DNA from: Chloroflexota bacterium
GTDB taxonomy: Bacteria > Chloroflexota > Anaerolineae > Aggregatilineales > Phototrophicaceae
Assembly: GCA_026707665.1 (NCBI GenBank)
Contig: JAPOWK010000093.1
Coordinates: forward strand, 12,137 to 76,136
Length of the DNA stretch: 64,000 nucleotides
Reading direction: 5' to 3'
Part shown: piece by piece, positions 24,397 through 35,413 of the stretch
Layout: the number at the start of each line of letters is the position of its first letter
How positions within the stretch are numbered: the stretch's first letter is position 1
Position numbers and translations under genes: made by a program
The notes under the pieces: generated by a model
Databases searched by the model: none
The model's input: the letters and a program-made list of their open reading frames with translations, nothing else
What the model was told of the DNA's origin: nothing

Positions 24397-26405
24397 TAGG
24401 GTCGTACCAAGGTATTATCACTGTTTACCGGGAGAAACTTTTGGCCTCGCAGATCACGCGGTCACCGAATCAAGCCTTCGCCGCGGAAGCCCCGTTCCAA
24501 TGGCACAGTGAGAAGTGGCTGGCGCCTCGTCTCGTGGCGCTCACGCTCTTTGCGCTCATCGGCTCCCTGCTCGCTGAGCACGTCGGTCTTCCAAACACGG
24601 TAACGCTGTCATTGAATGTCCTGGCTTACGCCGCTGGCGGATTCTACGGCGCCAAGTCCGCCCTGGACAGCCTGCTCGCTGGCAAGATTGATGTCGATCT
24701 GCTCATGGTATTGGCGGCTCTGGGCGCGGCATTTATCGACCAGTGGCATGAAGGCGCGGTTCTGCTTTTCCTGTTCTCGCTCAGCAATACGCTGCAGGAC
24801 TATGCGATTGGTCGCAGCCGCCGCGCGATCAGCGGGCTCTTCGCGCACTATCCCGAAACCGCCAAAGTCAAGCGCGGCGACCGCGTCACGCAAGTCAACA
24901 TCAGCGATATCCACATCGGCGACACCATTCTCATCGAGCCCGGCGAGCGCATCCCGGTGGATGGCGAGGTCATGACGGGCGATTCCGCTATCGATGAAAG
25001 CCCAATCACCGGCGAATCCATTCCGGTCGACAAATCGGCCGGCGACGGCGTCTTTGCCGGCACGTTGAACAAGCACGGCATTCTTGACGTCCGCGCAACA
25101 CGCGCAGCCGAAAATACGACCCTGTCGCGCATCATCAAATTGGTGGAGGACGCGCAAGAGAGCCAAGCGCCCACCCAACGCTTCCTCGAACGCTTCGAGC
25201 AAATTTACGCGAAGCTCATCATTGTCGGCGTCCTTCTCATCGTCATCATTCCGCCGGCGCTGGGCCTCAGCGATTTTCAGCAGAACTTTTACCGCGCGAT
25301 GGTGCTGATGACAGTGGCTTCTCCCTGCGCCCTGATCATCAGCGTCCCGTCAGCCTTCATTTCAGCGATTGCTTCAGCGGCGCGCGGCGGCATCTTGTTC
25401 AAAGGCAGCGGCGGGCTGGAGCAGCTCGCGGGCATTAAGGCGGTCGCTTTCGACAAAACGGGCACGCTCACCTACGGGCAGCCGCGGGTCACCGATGTGA
25501 TTGCCGTTGCGCCGTATTCAGAGCCCGATGTGATCCTTACGGCCGCTTCCGCCGAAGCAAGATCGGAGCATCCGCTGGCCAAAGCGGTCGTCGTTTACGC
25601 GCGCGCCAAGTCGGTGCAATTCGCGCCGCCGGATGAATTCGAAGCGATTCCCGGGCGGGGCGTCCTCGCAAAGCTTGGCGGAAGCGAAATCCGTGTTGGG
25701 CGCGCGTCCAGGATTCAAGTCGGCTCAGCGATGCCGCCGGCTTTGAAGTGGAGGCAAACACAGCTTGAAGAGCAGGGTAAGACCGTAGTGGCTGTGCTGC
25801 GCGACGAACAGTGGCTTGGTCTGATCGCCTTTGCCGATGTGAGCCGCGTCGAAGCGCGCGCGCTGGTGGATCAACTGAAGCGTCGTGGCATCGCCGTGGC
25901 CGTGCTGACTGGCGACAATGCGCGCGCTGCCCACTCAATCGCGAGGCAAACGGACGTCGATCGGGTGTACGCCGAGCTCTTACCGGAGGAAAAAGCGAAA
26001 GCGATTGAGCAACTGCAGCGCGAATTTGGAGCCGTCGCCATGGTTGGTGATGGCATCAACGATGCGCCGGCGCTGGCAGTCGCCGACATCGGCATCGCTA
26101 TGGGCGGCGTCGGCGCCGATGTCGCGCTGGAAACAGCGGATATGGTGCTGATGGGGGACAAGCTGGAGCGCTTGGTCGACGCCCTGTGCTTGAGCCAGCG
26201 CGCTCGGCAGGTGGTTTGGCAGAATATTGCCTTCTCCATCGCCGTAATCGCGCTGCTAGTCGCCGGCGTATTCCTGGTGGACTTGCCACTGCCCCTGGGA
26301 GTCTTGGGGCATGAAGGCAGCACCGTTATCGTCGTGCTCAATGGGTTGATCAGCTTGCTGGTACTGCCCGAATTGAGCCGCGCGCGGGCTGCGATGCGAA
26401 GCTAG
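24387..26405 (+). CDS. Heavy-metal translocating P1B-type ATPase (P1B-4-like; no N-terminal metal-binding domain)
   Basis: DKTGTLT, GDGINDAPAL, TGES, an SPC motif (ASPCALIISVP) and HEGSTVIVVLNG. The true start is possibly TTG 24441, preceded by GGGAGAA. Confidence 0.88.
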   Translation: MLNLGSYQGIITVYREKLLASQITRSPNQAFAAEAPFQWHSEKWLAPRLVALTLFALIGSLLAEHVGLPNTVTLSLNVLAYAAGGFYGAKSALDSLLAGKIDVDLLMVLAALGAAFIDQWHEGAVLLFLFSLSNTLQDYAIGRSRRAISGLFAHYPETAKVKRGDRVTQVNISDIHIGDTILIEPGERIPVDGEVMTGDSAIDESPITGESIPVDKSAGDGVFAGTLNKHGILDVRATRAAENTTLSRIIKLVEDAQESQAPTQRFLERFEQIYAKLIIVGVLLIVIIPPALGLSDFQQNFYRAMVLMTVASPCALIISVPSAFISAIASAARGGILFKGSGGLEQLAGIKAVAFDKTGTLTYGQPRVTDVIAVAPYSEPDVILTAASAEARSEHPLAKAVVVYARAKSVQFAPPDEFEAIPGRGVLAKLGGSEIRVGRASRIQVGSAMPPALKWRQTQLEEQGKTVVAVLRDEQWLGLIAFADVSRVEARALVDQLKRRGIAVAVLTGDNARAAHSIARQTDVDRVYAELLPEEKAKAIEQLQREFGAVAMVGDGINDAPALAVADIGIAMGGVGADVALETADMVLMGDKLERLVDALCLSQRARQVVWQNIAFSIAVIALLVAGVFLVDLPLPLGVLGHEGSTVIVVLNGLISLLVLPELSRARAAMRS

Positions 26406-28234
26406 CGGCGGAATTGCGCCCCTTCCCATTGGGAGAAGAGCCCCTGCAGCTTGAGCCGCTGGTACTTCCCGGTTGACGTCACCGGAATCTCCTCGCCGAA
26501 GACAACCGCCTTGGGCGACTTTTCAAAGGTCAAAGCCTCACGGCAGCGCGCCAGTATCGTCTCTTCTTCGAGTTGCGCGCCGTCGTCCAAGACCACATAA
26601 GCGCCGACTTCTTCGCCGTAATAGTCATTCGGGAAGCCAATCGCCAAGCCGACCTTGACGCCATCAATGTCCAGAAGAACCTCCTCAATATCAAAGGGGC
26701 TGAACTTGACGCCGCCGCGGTTGATCAGTTCTTTGATGCGCCCGGTGATAAAGAAGAACTGCCGGCCCGTCTCGTCTCGCAGGAAGTAGCCTTCATCGCC
26801 GCTGCGAAACCACTGAAACTTAAAGGTCTCGGCATTGGCGTCAGGCCGCCGGAAATACCCCTGCATCACGTTATGCCCGCGGATGCAGATCTCGCCCCGT
26901 TCGCCTTCGCCCAGCTGCTTTCCGCTGCCGTCCGCGGCGAAAATCGCCATCTCGTTCGGCTCAAGCGGGCAGCCAATGCTCGGATAACCGTGATCCAAGA
27001 GCCAACTCTGATTCGCCTCCCAAGACAGACTGATGGGCAAGAAGCAGGAATAACAAGTCGATTCGCTTAAGCCATAGCCGTGCAGCAGCGTAAAGCCGAA
27101 CATCTCGCAGAATTCCTGCGCCAGCTTGACTGACAGGGTACCGGCGCCGCAGATAAAATGGCGAAATGCCGTCAAGTCCCGCCGGTTGATGGCGCCGCCA
27201 AAAATTGTATTTCCAGCCGCGAGTTCAGCCCGCCCATGCTCGATGAGGAATTGCAGCAGAGTCGGAACGACGCTGACGGTATTGACGCCTTCGCGCACGA
27301 TCCGTCCCCAGAAGCGAGAGGCGCTGAAGCGGCGGTTGAGCACGGTCGAGCCGCCCACATAGAGCGGTATCATGATGGTCACGACGATGCCGTTCACATG
27401 ATGGATCGGCAGCACGCACATCATTCGCTGATTGCCGGTGATCGCCTGCCACTGGCTGATGCCCTGCGCGTCCACCAGCAGATTATACTGCGACAAGATC
27501 ACGCCCTTTGGCGTACCGGTGGTGCCGCTGGTATAGACCAACAGCGCCTCATCATCAAGCGTGGCGCTGGCGGCATTGCCAGCGCCCAGAGGCATGTCGG
27601 CTGATTTGGCGCCGGAATCATCGCCGAGGAAGGTGGTCGGCCTATTCGCCAACGCCTCGTGGAAATGGATGTATTTGCCGCCGGGCGCCCCGCCCACTTC
27701 GACGATTGTCTCGATGTTGGGCGCGCCTTCGCCGCCATCCGCTCCCTTGATGATCGCTTCCGCCCGCGCGAGATAGTCCGTCCGCGCGAAGCAGACCTTC
27801 GCCTCGCTATTCCGCAGGATGAAGCCGATGCGGCGATCGTCTTCCGCCACATTCTGAGGCGCGACCGCCGCGCCAATCACCCAGCAGGCGAAGTAAATCA
27901 GGACGGTGTCGATATGATTGTCGGCGATGGTGGCGACGCGATCCCCGCGCCGGAGGCCGAGGTCCTCAACCATGAAGTTGGCCGCCTGATGCACCCGCGC
28001 GTTGAATTCGGCATAGGTGAGCGCTTGCCGCTTGTCATCCGCATCGTAATAGATCAGGAATGTCTTGCCGCCGGATGTCTTGCTGTGAAGTGAAAGCAGA
28101 TCGCGAATATTGCGATAGGGCACTTTGCGCATTTCCTGCGGCGCGCCATCCTTGACGTGCGCCTGGTAGAGATTGGCTTCCGTTTGAGAATTGAGCTCTC
28201 GCGTCATCACGTTCGCCTTTGCCTCCATCCGCAA
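26402..28234 (-). CDS. AMP-dependent acyl-CoA synthetase/ligase
   Basis: AMP-binding signature LVYTSGTTGTPKGV, followed by GYGLSE and GDEGYF...GRIKELINRGG. Confidence 0.85.
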   Translation of the reverse strand: MRMEAKANVMTRELNSQTEANLYQAHVKDGAPQEMRKVPYRNIRDLLSLHSKTSGGKTFLIYYDADDKRQALTYAEFNARVHQAANFMVEDLGLRRGDRVATIADNHIDTVLIYFACWVIGAAVAPQNVAEDDRRIGFILRNSEAKVCFARTDYLARAEAIIKGADGGEGAPNIETIVEVGGAPGGKYIHFHEALANRPTTFLGDDSGAKSADMPLGAGNAASATLDDEALLVYTSGTTGTPKGVILSQYNLLVDAQGISQWQAITGNQRMMCVLPIHHVNGIVVTIMIPLYVGGSTVLNRRFSASRFWGRIVREGVNTVSVVPTLLQFLIEHGRAELAAGNTIFGGAINRRDLTAFRHFICGAGTLSVKLAQEFCEMFGFTLLHGYGLSESTCYSCFLPISLSWEANQSWLLDHGYPSIGCPLEPNEMAIFAADGSGKQLGEGERGEICIRGHNVMQGYFRRPDANAETFKFQWFRSGDEGYFLRDETGRQFFFITGRIKELINRGGVKFSPFDIEEVLLDIDGVKVGLAIGFPNDYYGEEVGAYVVLDDGAQLEEETILARCREALTFEKSPKAVVFGEEIPVTSTGKYQRLKLQGLFSQWEGAQFRR

Positions 28235-28462
28235 TCCTGCCTTGCCAGTATAGCAAGCGCGAGACCCTTTTGTAAAAGCAATTCCACCCCGTTCTGCGCG
28301 CCGCGCCTCTTAGAATTAGTGTACGATGGCAGACGAGCCGAAACCTGATTTCTTCCGCCGCGCTCTGGTAAACTCAAGTTGCGAAAGATTGTGCCGGAGC
28401 GTGTATACAAGCATGCGAGAACAACCGCGTGAATCCGAGGGCAACGAGAGGGCAAATGCGAA

Positions 28463-29806
28463 ATGAGTGAACTCTGTGTGATCGGCAGCGGCTACGTTGG
28501 CTTGGTGACCGGCACCTGCTTCGCCGATCTGGGCAATCATGTCACCCTGGTCGACATTGACGAACGCAAAGTAACGATGCTGCAAAATGGCAAGATGCCG
28601 ATCTATGAACCCGGGCTGGCGGAGATGGTGCAGCGCAATACGGTCGCGGGCCGGATGAAATTCACCACTTGCTACGGCGAGGGCCTCAAAGGGGCGGAAT
28701 TTGTCTTCATCTGCGTCGGCACGCCCTCGGGCGTCGATGGCGAAGCCGACCTGCAATACGTGCGCAGCGCGGCCCAGACCATCGCTGAAACCATGGACCA
28801 TCCGCTGGTCATTATCAACAAATCGACGGTGCCCGTCGGCACTGGCGATTGGACCCGGGAAATCATCGAGCGTAACCAGCCGCAGCCGATCGACTTTGCG
28901 GTCGTCTCCTGCCCGGAATTCTTGCGCGAGGGCTCCGCCTTGGCCGATTTCATGCAGCCCGACCGCACCGTGCTGGGCTCCAGCGATCCGGCGGCCGCCC
29001 AAACGGTGGCCGAGCTTTACGCGCCGCTGGATGCCCCGATCGTCATCACCGATATTCGCACAGCCGAGATGATCAAGTACGCCTCCAACGCGTTTTTGGC
29101 CACGCGCATCAGCTTCATCAATGAAATTAGCATCATCTGCGAGCGGCTGGGCGCCGATGTGGAAGAAGTCGCGCGCGGTATGGGCTTCGACAAGCGCATC
29201 GGTCCGCATTTTCTGCAAGCGGGCGTGGGCTTTGGCGGCTCCTGCTTTCCCAAAGATGTCAAGGCGCTGGCCAATATGGCGCAGACGCATGGGATGCATC
29301 CGCAACTGCTCAACGCCGTCATGGAAATCAACGCCTTTCAACGGCGGCAAATCACGCTGAAGGCGCGCGAAATGCTGGGCGGCAGCCTCAACGGCAAGAC
29401 GGTCGCGATGCTGGGATTGGCATTCAAGCAGAATACCGACGACACCCGTGAGTCGCCGGCGCTAACGGTGGCGCGGTCGCTGCTGAACCAAGGGGCCACC
29501 GTCAAAGCCTACGACCCGGTCGCCATGGATAACGCCTGCGCCGAGGTGCCCGCGCTCATCCCTTGCGACAACTCATACAGCGCCGCCAAAGATGCCGAAG
29601 CATTGCTGGTCTTGACGCCATGGAACGAGTTTAAGCAGCTCGATATGCGGCGGATACGCCATTCCATGAAGCGCCCAATCTTGATCGACGGTCGCAACAT
29701 GTACAATCCCGATGAGTTGAGAACCCTCGGTTTCGAATATCGAGGCGTCGGCCGCGGCTATAATGGCGAGGGGCTGCCCCCCGCCGATGATGAGAAGACA
29801 GCTTGA
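28463..29806 (+). CDS. ugd: UDP-glucose 6-dehydrogenase
   Basis: [19 protein letters not shown], the catalytic [11 protein letters not shown] motif, and a C-terminal UDP-binding domain. Confidence 0.9.
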   Translation: MSELCVIGSGYVGLVTGTCFADLGNHVTLVDIDERKVTMLQNGKMPIYEPGLAEMVQRNTVAGRMKFTTCYGEGLKGAEFVFICVGTPSGVDGEADLQYVRSAAQTIAETMDHPLVIINKSTVPVGTGDWTREIIERNQPQPIDFAVVSCPEFLREGSALADFMQPDRTVLGSSDPAAAQTVAELYAPLDAPIVITDIRTAEMIKYASNAFLATRISFINEISIICERLGADVEEVARGMGFDKRIGPHFLQAGVGFGGSCFPKDVKALANMAQTHGMHPQLLNAVMEINAFQRRQITLKAREMLGGSLNGKTVAMLGLAFKQNTDDTRESPALTVARSLLNQGATVKAYDPVAMDNACAEVPALIPCDNSYSAAKDAEALLVLTPWNEFKQLDMRRIRHSMKRPILIDGRNMYNPDELRTLGFEYRGVGRGYNGEGLPPADDEKTA

Positions 29807-29818
29807 CGCGGAGACTGG

Positions 29819-30775
29819 TCAGCCGAAGAGCGCAAGCTGACGGGAACTGATGTCGGATTGTCGCGGCTGCCCGGCGACGCCGCCCACTCCGCCCGCGACG
29901 CCCCGACCACACTCGCAGGCAATTGACAGGCAACTGGCTAACGGCAAGTTATTCAACCAGCCCGCCAGAAATCCAGCGTCAAAGCTGTCGCCCGCGCCGA
30001 TCCCGTCGCCGCCCTCATTTGCTTCAAAGACCGACTGAGCAAATTCCTGATCTCCCTGCCAGGCGACCGCGCCGGCGATATCGCGCTTGACCACCAGCAG
30101 GGGAACGCGCTTCCGCAGATCCGAGATCGCCTCGCCATAAGAAAACTTCCCGCTCAGATACATCGCCTCCTGCTCATTGGGCAGCAGCACGTCAATGTAG
30201 CGGTAGGCGCGTTCTAGGTCGTGATCCCAGCGCTCGTCCGGATCCCAATTTGTATCCAGGGACACAGTCAAACCGAGATGTTTCGCCCGCCCCAAGATTT
30301 CGATCCAACGCGGCAGCAAGCCCGTATGCAAATACAAACTGCCATAATGCAAGTGCCGCGCCGAAGCCAGGATTTCGTCGGTAACATCGTCGGCCTTCAG
30401 CGTATTCAGCGAGCCCAAATGGGTTAACATGGCGCGATCGTCGCCCTGAACCAGATGGACGGTGATTCCGGTCCGAAGATCTTCGTCCACATCGATATAG
30501 CGCGTATCGACGCCCGCCTCCGCCAGCGTGTCCACAATCAGCTTGCCAAAGTAATCGGCGCCGACGCGGCCAAGAATGGCGACGCGCATGCCCAGCTTGG
30601 CCGCTTGCGCCGCAAAGATGCAGCAGGAGCCGCCCATCACCAGGTCATAACCGGCGACTGTCTTTTCGACCTGACCAAATTGCGGCACAACATTGTCATC
30701 GCGCAAGATCAAGTCGACGCAGGTATCGCCAAATACAATGATGTCGTATGGTTTATCCGAACGCCCATTCTGCAT
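29819..30775 (-). CDS. PfkB-family carbohydrate kinase (possibly 5-dehydro-2-deoxygluconokinase-like)
   Basis: YDIIVFGDTCVDLIL...GGSCCIFAAQAAKLG...GAGDSFDAGFLAG. I chose the internal start (M59 of the ORF-track protein) because AAGGAAA precedes it and the longer form would overlap iolD. Confidence 0.7.
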   Translation of the reverse strand: MQNGRSDKPYDIIVFGDTCVDLILRDDNVVPQFGQVEKTVAGYDLVMGGSCCIFAAQAAKLGMRVAILGRVGADYFGKLIVDTLAEAGVDTRYIDVDEDLRTGITVHLVQGDDRAMLTHLGSLNTLKADDVTDEILASARHLHYGSLYLHTGLLPRWIEILGRAKHLGLTVSLDTNWDPDERWDHDLERAYRYIDVLLPNEQEAMYLSGKFSYGEAISDLRKRVPLLVVKRDIAGAVAWQGDQEFAQSVFEANEGGDGIGAGDSFDAGFLAGWLNNLPLASCLSIACECGRGVAGGVGGVAGQPRQSDISSRQLALFG

Positions 30776-30800
30776 GAACGATTTCCTTTCCCGCGCCAGC

Positions 30801-32705
30801 TTACCAGTAGAAGCGTTGACCCGCCCGCCCTTCTTCGCGCTCATCGACGAGTTTTTTCGTGTCTTCGTCGTCTGTGACTTCGGCGCCGAAGACATCCCAC
30901 CAGATGCCTGAGCGCGGCAAGCGGCTGTAACGCTCAATTTGCGCCACAATCATGCAGGAACGCCGCTCCAGGCGCGCCTCTTCCAGCGCGGTCTTGAGTT
31001 GATCTTCGTCGATCACATTCCAGGCGCGCAAGCCGAGGCTCTCCGCGTTCCTGGCGTAATCGATTTCGACAAAGTCGCCATCATCCAGCTTGCCGGTTTC
31101 TGAATTGCGTACGCGGAATTCATTGCCCAGGCTATGCCCGACGAGCACCTTCTGATGACCGTGAATGGACTGAAAGCCGTCATTTTGCAGCAAAATCACC
31201 GTGAGTTTGACGTTTTCTTGCACGGCTGTCTTCAACTCCATTGGATGCAAGAGATAGTTGCCATCGCCCAGAAAGACGTAGACCTCAGCTTCGGCATTCG
31301 GGCGCGCCAGACGAACGCCGATCGCGCCCGGGATGTCATAGCCCATGCAGGAGTTGCCGAATTCGAGATGCAGAATGCGACCAGCCGTCGCTTCAAACAG
31401 CTGGTGCAAATCGCCGGGCGCCGTTCCGGCGGCGCAGACCAGCGTATCGCCGCTCTCCATTAAGTCGTTCAGAACGCCGATCACCTGCGCCTGGCTCATC
31501 CGCTCGTCCGGATATTGTACATAAACGGAATCGCGCTTCTGCTGCAGCCAGCCCTGCCGATCGACGGCGACCGACTCGACGTAACCGGCATTGGGCTTGA
31601 TGCCGGCCGCCCGGCCCGCTGCGATGAGCGCGCGCAATGTCTCACGCGCGTCAGCCACGATCGGCAGCGCCCCCAGCTTATGGGCATGCGCGCCGCTGAC
31701 ATTGATGCTGACAAACTTGACATCGGGGTGCTGCCAGGCTGAGTAGGAGCCGGTGGCAAAATCGGCCAGGCGCGTGCCGATGAGGAAGACCAGATCGGCA
31801 TCGGCGGCGTATTTGCCCGAAAGCGGCGTGCCGGTATGCCCGCTGCCACCGATCAGCAGCGGCGATTCTTCCTGCAGCGCGCCCCGCCCGGAGTGCGTTT
31901 CGCCGACTGGAATGCCGAAGGCGTCGGAAAATTCGCGCAATTCTGCCCAGGCTTTCGAATAATGCGCGCCACCGCCAGCCAGGATATAGGGGCGCTCGGC
32001 ATCTTTCAGCAAGGCAATCGCTTCGTCAATCCGCCGCGCGTCAGGTTGGCGCCGCTCAATCCGCCAGATCTTCTTACGGAAGAAGTTGGTTGGGCAGTCG
32101 AAGGCAACGCTCTGAATGTCTTGCGGCAGGGCGATCGTCGCCGGTCCGGCATCCACCGGATCGGTCATCACCCGCATCGCTTCCGGAGCGGCATAGAGGA
32201 TTTGCTCGGGCCGGGTAATGCGGTCGAAGAACTGGCTCACGACGCGAAAGCAGTCGGTCACGCTCATATCAAGCGACACCGGATGCTCGATATCTTGCAA
32301 GACCTGACCCTGAAAGCGGGTCGCATAATAATCGGAAGGCAGCAGGAGCACGGGCAAGCGGTTGATATGCGCGGTCGCCGCGCCCGTGATCATATTGGTC
32401 GCGCCCGGTCCGATTGATGTCGTACAGGCGAATGTCTGCGTGCGCAGGCGGGTGCGCGCAAAGGCGGAGGCGGCGTGCACCATCGACTGTTCGTTGGTCG
32501 GCTGATAATAGGGCAGATCGTCGCCGTATTCCCACAGCGCCTGGCTCAAGCCGCTGACGTTGCCGTGGCCGAAGATGCCCCAAATAGCGGGGATGAAGCG
32601 CTGAACTTCGCCGTCATATTCGGTGTATTGCGCTTGCAGGAATTTGATCAGCGCCTGCCCCATCGTCAGCCGTACCGTCTCTTGACGGCCAAAGGGTTGA
32701 AACAT
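30801..32705 (-). CDS. iolD: 3D-(3,5/4)-trihydroxycyclohexane-1,2-dione acylhydrolase (TPP enzyme, IolD-like)
   Basis: The N-terminus TMGQALIKFLQAQY...IWGIFGHGNV and the TPP-binding GDGNYLL are typical of IolD-type TPP enzymes. Confidence 0.8.
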   Translation of the reverse strand: MFQPFGRQETVRLTMGQALIKFLQAQYTEYDGEVQRFIPAIWGIFGHGNVSGLSQALWEYGDDLPYYQPTNEQSMVHAASAFARTRLRTQTFACTTSIGPGATNMITGAATAHINRLPVLLLPSDYYATRFQGQVLQDIEHPVSLDMSVTDCFRVVSQFFDRITRPEQILYAAPEAMRVMTDPVDAGPATIALPQDIQSVAFDCPTNFFRKKIWRIERRQPDARRIDEAIALLKDAERPYILAGGGAHYSKAWAELREFSDAFGIPVGETHSGRGALQEESPLLIGGSGHTGTPLSGKYAADADLVFLIGTRLADFATGSYSAWQHPDVKFVSINVSGAHAHKLGALPIVADARETLRALIAAGRAAGIKPNAGYVESVAVDRQGWLQQKRDSVYVQYPDERMSQAQVIGVLNDLMESGDTLVCAAGTAPGDLHQLFEATAGRILHLEFGNSCMGYDIPGAIGVRLARPNAEAEVYVFLGDGNYLLHPMELKTAVQENVKLTVILLQNDGFQSIHGHQKVLVGHSLGNEFRVRNSETGKLDDGDFVEIDYARNAESLGLRAWNVIDEDQLKTALEEARLERRSCMIVAQIERYSRLPRSGIWWDVFGAEVTDDEDTKKLVDEREEGRAGQRFYW

Positions 32706-32731
32706 TGAGCTACGCTCCTTTCCTTCCCCGG

Positions 32732-34138
32732 CTACATCGTCAAGCCGGAGCCATCAGTCACTTCCGCAGCCTGTTCGCTTTCGAAATTCATCAGCGCCAA
32801 TTCCTCGGCCAGGCCGATGTAGCTCATGGGCTTAAGCTGCTTTAGCATGGCTTTATCCGCTTCCGGTATCGCCAGCGCGTCGATGAATGCGCGCAAGTCT
32901 TCGCGGGTGACGCGAGCGCCACGGGTCAGCGCCTTCAAACGTTCGTAGGCGCCGGGCAAATGATGCTTGCGCATGACGGTTTGAATGGCCTCCGCCAGCA
33001 CCTCCCAAGCCCCGTCCAGGTCAGCGAGCAAGGCCGCCCGATCGACTTGGATTCTGGATAAGCCGCGCTCAGTGGAGAGCAGCGCCAAATAGCTGTGGGC
33101 GATGGCGACGCCGAAATTTCGCAATGCCGACGAATCACTCAAATCGCGCTGCAGCCGAGACAAGGGCAGCTTGTCAGCCAAGTGGGCAAATGTCGCGCTG
33201 CTGATTCCCAGATTGGCTTCCGCGTTTTCGAAATCTATCGGATTCACTTTGTGCGGCATGGTCGAGGACCCGACCTCGCCAGGCTTGACCTTCTGTCGAA
33301 AATAACCAAGCGAAATATACGTCCACATGTCGCGGCAGAAGTCGAGCAGAACGGTGTTGAAACGCATAAGACTGTGCGCCAGCTCGGCCAGATAATCGTG
33401 TGGTTCGGTCTGCGTCGTCAGCGGATTGTAGGTCAGGCCCAGGCCCTCGACAAATCGCCGGGACAATCCAAACCAATCCAGCTCGGGATAGGCGACATGA
33501 TGGGCGTTGAACGCGCCGACCGCGCCGTTGAATTTGCCGAGAAACTCTTGCGATTCAATAGCCTTACATTGACGTCGAAGCCGATGGGCGAATACGGCGA
33601 CTTCCTTACCCATGGTGGTGGGGCTGGCTGGCTGTCCATGTGTCCTCGCCAGCAGCGGGACATTCGCGTTAGCATGCGCCAGTTCATCCAGACGGTCAAT
33701 CAGCGCGCGCGCCCGCGGCCGCCAAACAGCGCGGATGGCATCGCGAAACATCATCGCGTATGCCAGATTATTAATGTCATCGGAGGTGCAGGCGAAATGC
33801 ACGGACTCGGCCACTTCGCGCAGGCTGGTCTCTCCAAGGCACTCCTTGATGTAATACTCCACAGCCTTGACATCGTGTTGGGTGACGGCTTCAAGGTCTT
33901 TGACGCGCTGCGCCGCTTCATCATCAAACTCGTGTGACAGCGCATTCAGGATGGCCTTCTCGTCCGCGCTGAATGGTCGCAAATGGGTAATCGCCGCTTC
34001 CTCCGCCATTGCCATGAGCCAGCGCGCTTCCACCAGCACGCGGTAGCGCATCAGCGCCCATTCCGAGAGAAAGTCTCGCAAAGGCGCAAGTTTGTCGGCA
34101 TAGCGTCCGTCAACTGGCGAGATCTGGCGCAACTGCAT
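32732..34138 (-). CDS. purB: Adenylosuccinate lyase
   Basis: ISPVDGRYADKLAPLRDFLSEWALMRYRVLVE plus the fumarate-lyase signature GSSTMPHKVNP. Confidence 0.9.
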   Translation of the reverse strand: MQLRQISPVDGRYADKLAPLRDFLSEWALMRYRVLVEARWLMAMAEEAAITHLRPFSADEKAILNALSHEFDDEAAQRVKDLEAVTQHDVKAVEYYIKECLGETSLREVAESVHFACTSDDINNLAYAMMFRDAIRAVWRPRARALIDRLDELAHANANVPLLARTHGQPASPTTMGKEVAVFAHRLRRQCKAIESQEFLGKFNGAVGAFNAHHVAYPELDWFGLSRRFVEGLGLTYNPLTTQTEPHDYLAELAHSLMRFNTVLLDFCRDMWTYISLGYFRQKVKPGEVGSSTMPHKVNPIDFENAEANLGISSATFAHLADKLPLSRLQRDLSDSSALRNFGVAIAHSYLALLSTERGLSRIQVDRAALLADLDGAWEVLAEAIQTVMRKHHLPGAYERLKALTRGARVTREDLRAFIDALAIPEADKAMLKQLKPMSYIGLAEELALMNFESEQAAEVTDGSGLTM

Positions 34139-34276
34139 CCGGCTCTTTCGCCGTCCGTCTTCTTGGTCAGAGCAAGTATTGTACTATGAACGAGCCAAGT
34201 TTTCTGTAGCGCCGGTAGATTCGACCTGCCGTTGCGCGGCGGAGGGGGGCATAATATCATCCTTGCGCCATGACCC

Positions 34277-35392
34277 GTGGGAGCCAATGCTTTGTCGCGC
34301 CTGATCGATTCAACACCCAAAGCGGACGGATTCCGCATGCCAGCCGAGTGGGAAGCGCACGTCGGCTGCTGGATGCTCTGGCCCCAGCGGCCCGATACCT
34401 GGCGCAACGGCGGCAAGCCGGCCCAGCGCGCCTTCGTCGAAGTAGCGCGGCAGATTTCCCGCTTCGAGCCGGTGACCATGGGCGTCAACTCCGATCAATA
34501 CGAAAACGCGCGCGCGCTGCTGCCTTCGACGGTACGCGTCTTGGAGCTATCCAGCAACGACGCCTGGATCCGCGATTGCGGCGCCAGCTTCGTCGTGGAC
34601 GACAAGGGCGAAGCGCGCGGCGTCGACTGGAACTTCAACGCCTGGGGCGGGCTGCAGAAGCTGATGTATTTCCCCTGGGACCAGGACAAACTGGTCGCGG
34701 CCAAAATGCTGGAGATCGAATCGCTCGACCGTTATCAGGCGCCTCTGGTCATGGAAGGCGGCTCATTTCACGTCGACGGTCAAGGCAGCTTGATCACGAC
34801 GGAACAATGCCTGCTGCATCCCAATCGCAATCCAGAGCTGACGCGCGCAGAGATTGAGCAGCTTCTGTCGGATTATCTCAACATAGAGAAGATACTCTGG
34901 CTGCCGCGCGGCGTCTACGAAGATGAGACCGATGGCCATGTCGACAATATATGCTGCTTCGCGCGCCCGGGCGTCGTCGCCATGACCTGGACCGACGACA
35001 AAGCGGATCCGCAATACGAACGCTCCGCCGAAGCATACGACGCCCTAAGATCGGCGCGCGACGCGCGGGACCGCCCACTCGAGATCCACAAGATTCACCA
35101 GCCGGATCCCATGACCATGACGCAAGAAGAAGCGGCGGGATTGGATGTCGTCGACAGCGCTTTCTTCCGCCCGACTGGCGAGCGTCTGGCCGGCTCGTAC
35201 ATCAATTTTTACATCGCCAATGGCGGTATACTCTTGCCGCAATTCCATGATCGACACGATGACCACGCGAGACGGAAATTGGCGCAGCTGTTTCCGAATC
35301 ACGAGATCATCGGCGTGCAATCGAGGGAGATCTTGCTCGGCGGCGGCAACATTCATTGCATCACGCAGCAGCAACCCGCCAGCGGAACGTGA
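34277..35392 (+). CDS. aguA: Agmatine deiminase
   Basis: [24 protein letters not shown] and [13 protein letters not shown] (catalytic Cys). Confidence 0.85.
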   Translation: MGANALSRLIDSTPKADGFRMPAEWEAHVGCWMLWPQRPDTWRNGGKPAQRAFVEVARQISRFEPVTMGVNSDQYENARALLPSTVRVLELSSNDAWIRDCGASFVVDDKGEARGVDWNFNAWGGLQKLMYFPWDQDKLVAAKMLEIESLDRYQAPLVMEGGSFHVDGQGSLITTEQCLLHPNRNPELTRAEIEQLLSDYLNIEKILWLPRGVYEDETDGHVDNICCFARPGVVAMTWTDDKADPQYERSAEAYDALRSARDARDRPLEIHKIHQPDPMTMTQEEAAGLDVVDSAFFRPTGERLAGSYINFYIANGGILLPQFHDRHDDHARRKLAQLFPNHEIIGVQSREILLGGGNIHCITQQQPASGT

Positions 35393-35413
35393 CAACTGAA
35401 GCGGGAACGCGCG

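Noticed and set aside
29819-32705. Complete myo-inositol catabolic (iol) operon
   Set aside because: Only an IolD-like TPP enzyme and a PfkB kinase are present. No iolB, iolE, iolG or iolA homologues are adjacent, so I make only the two individual calls.
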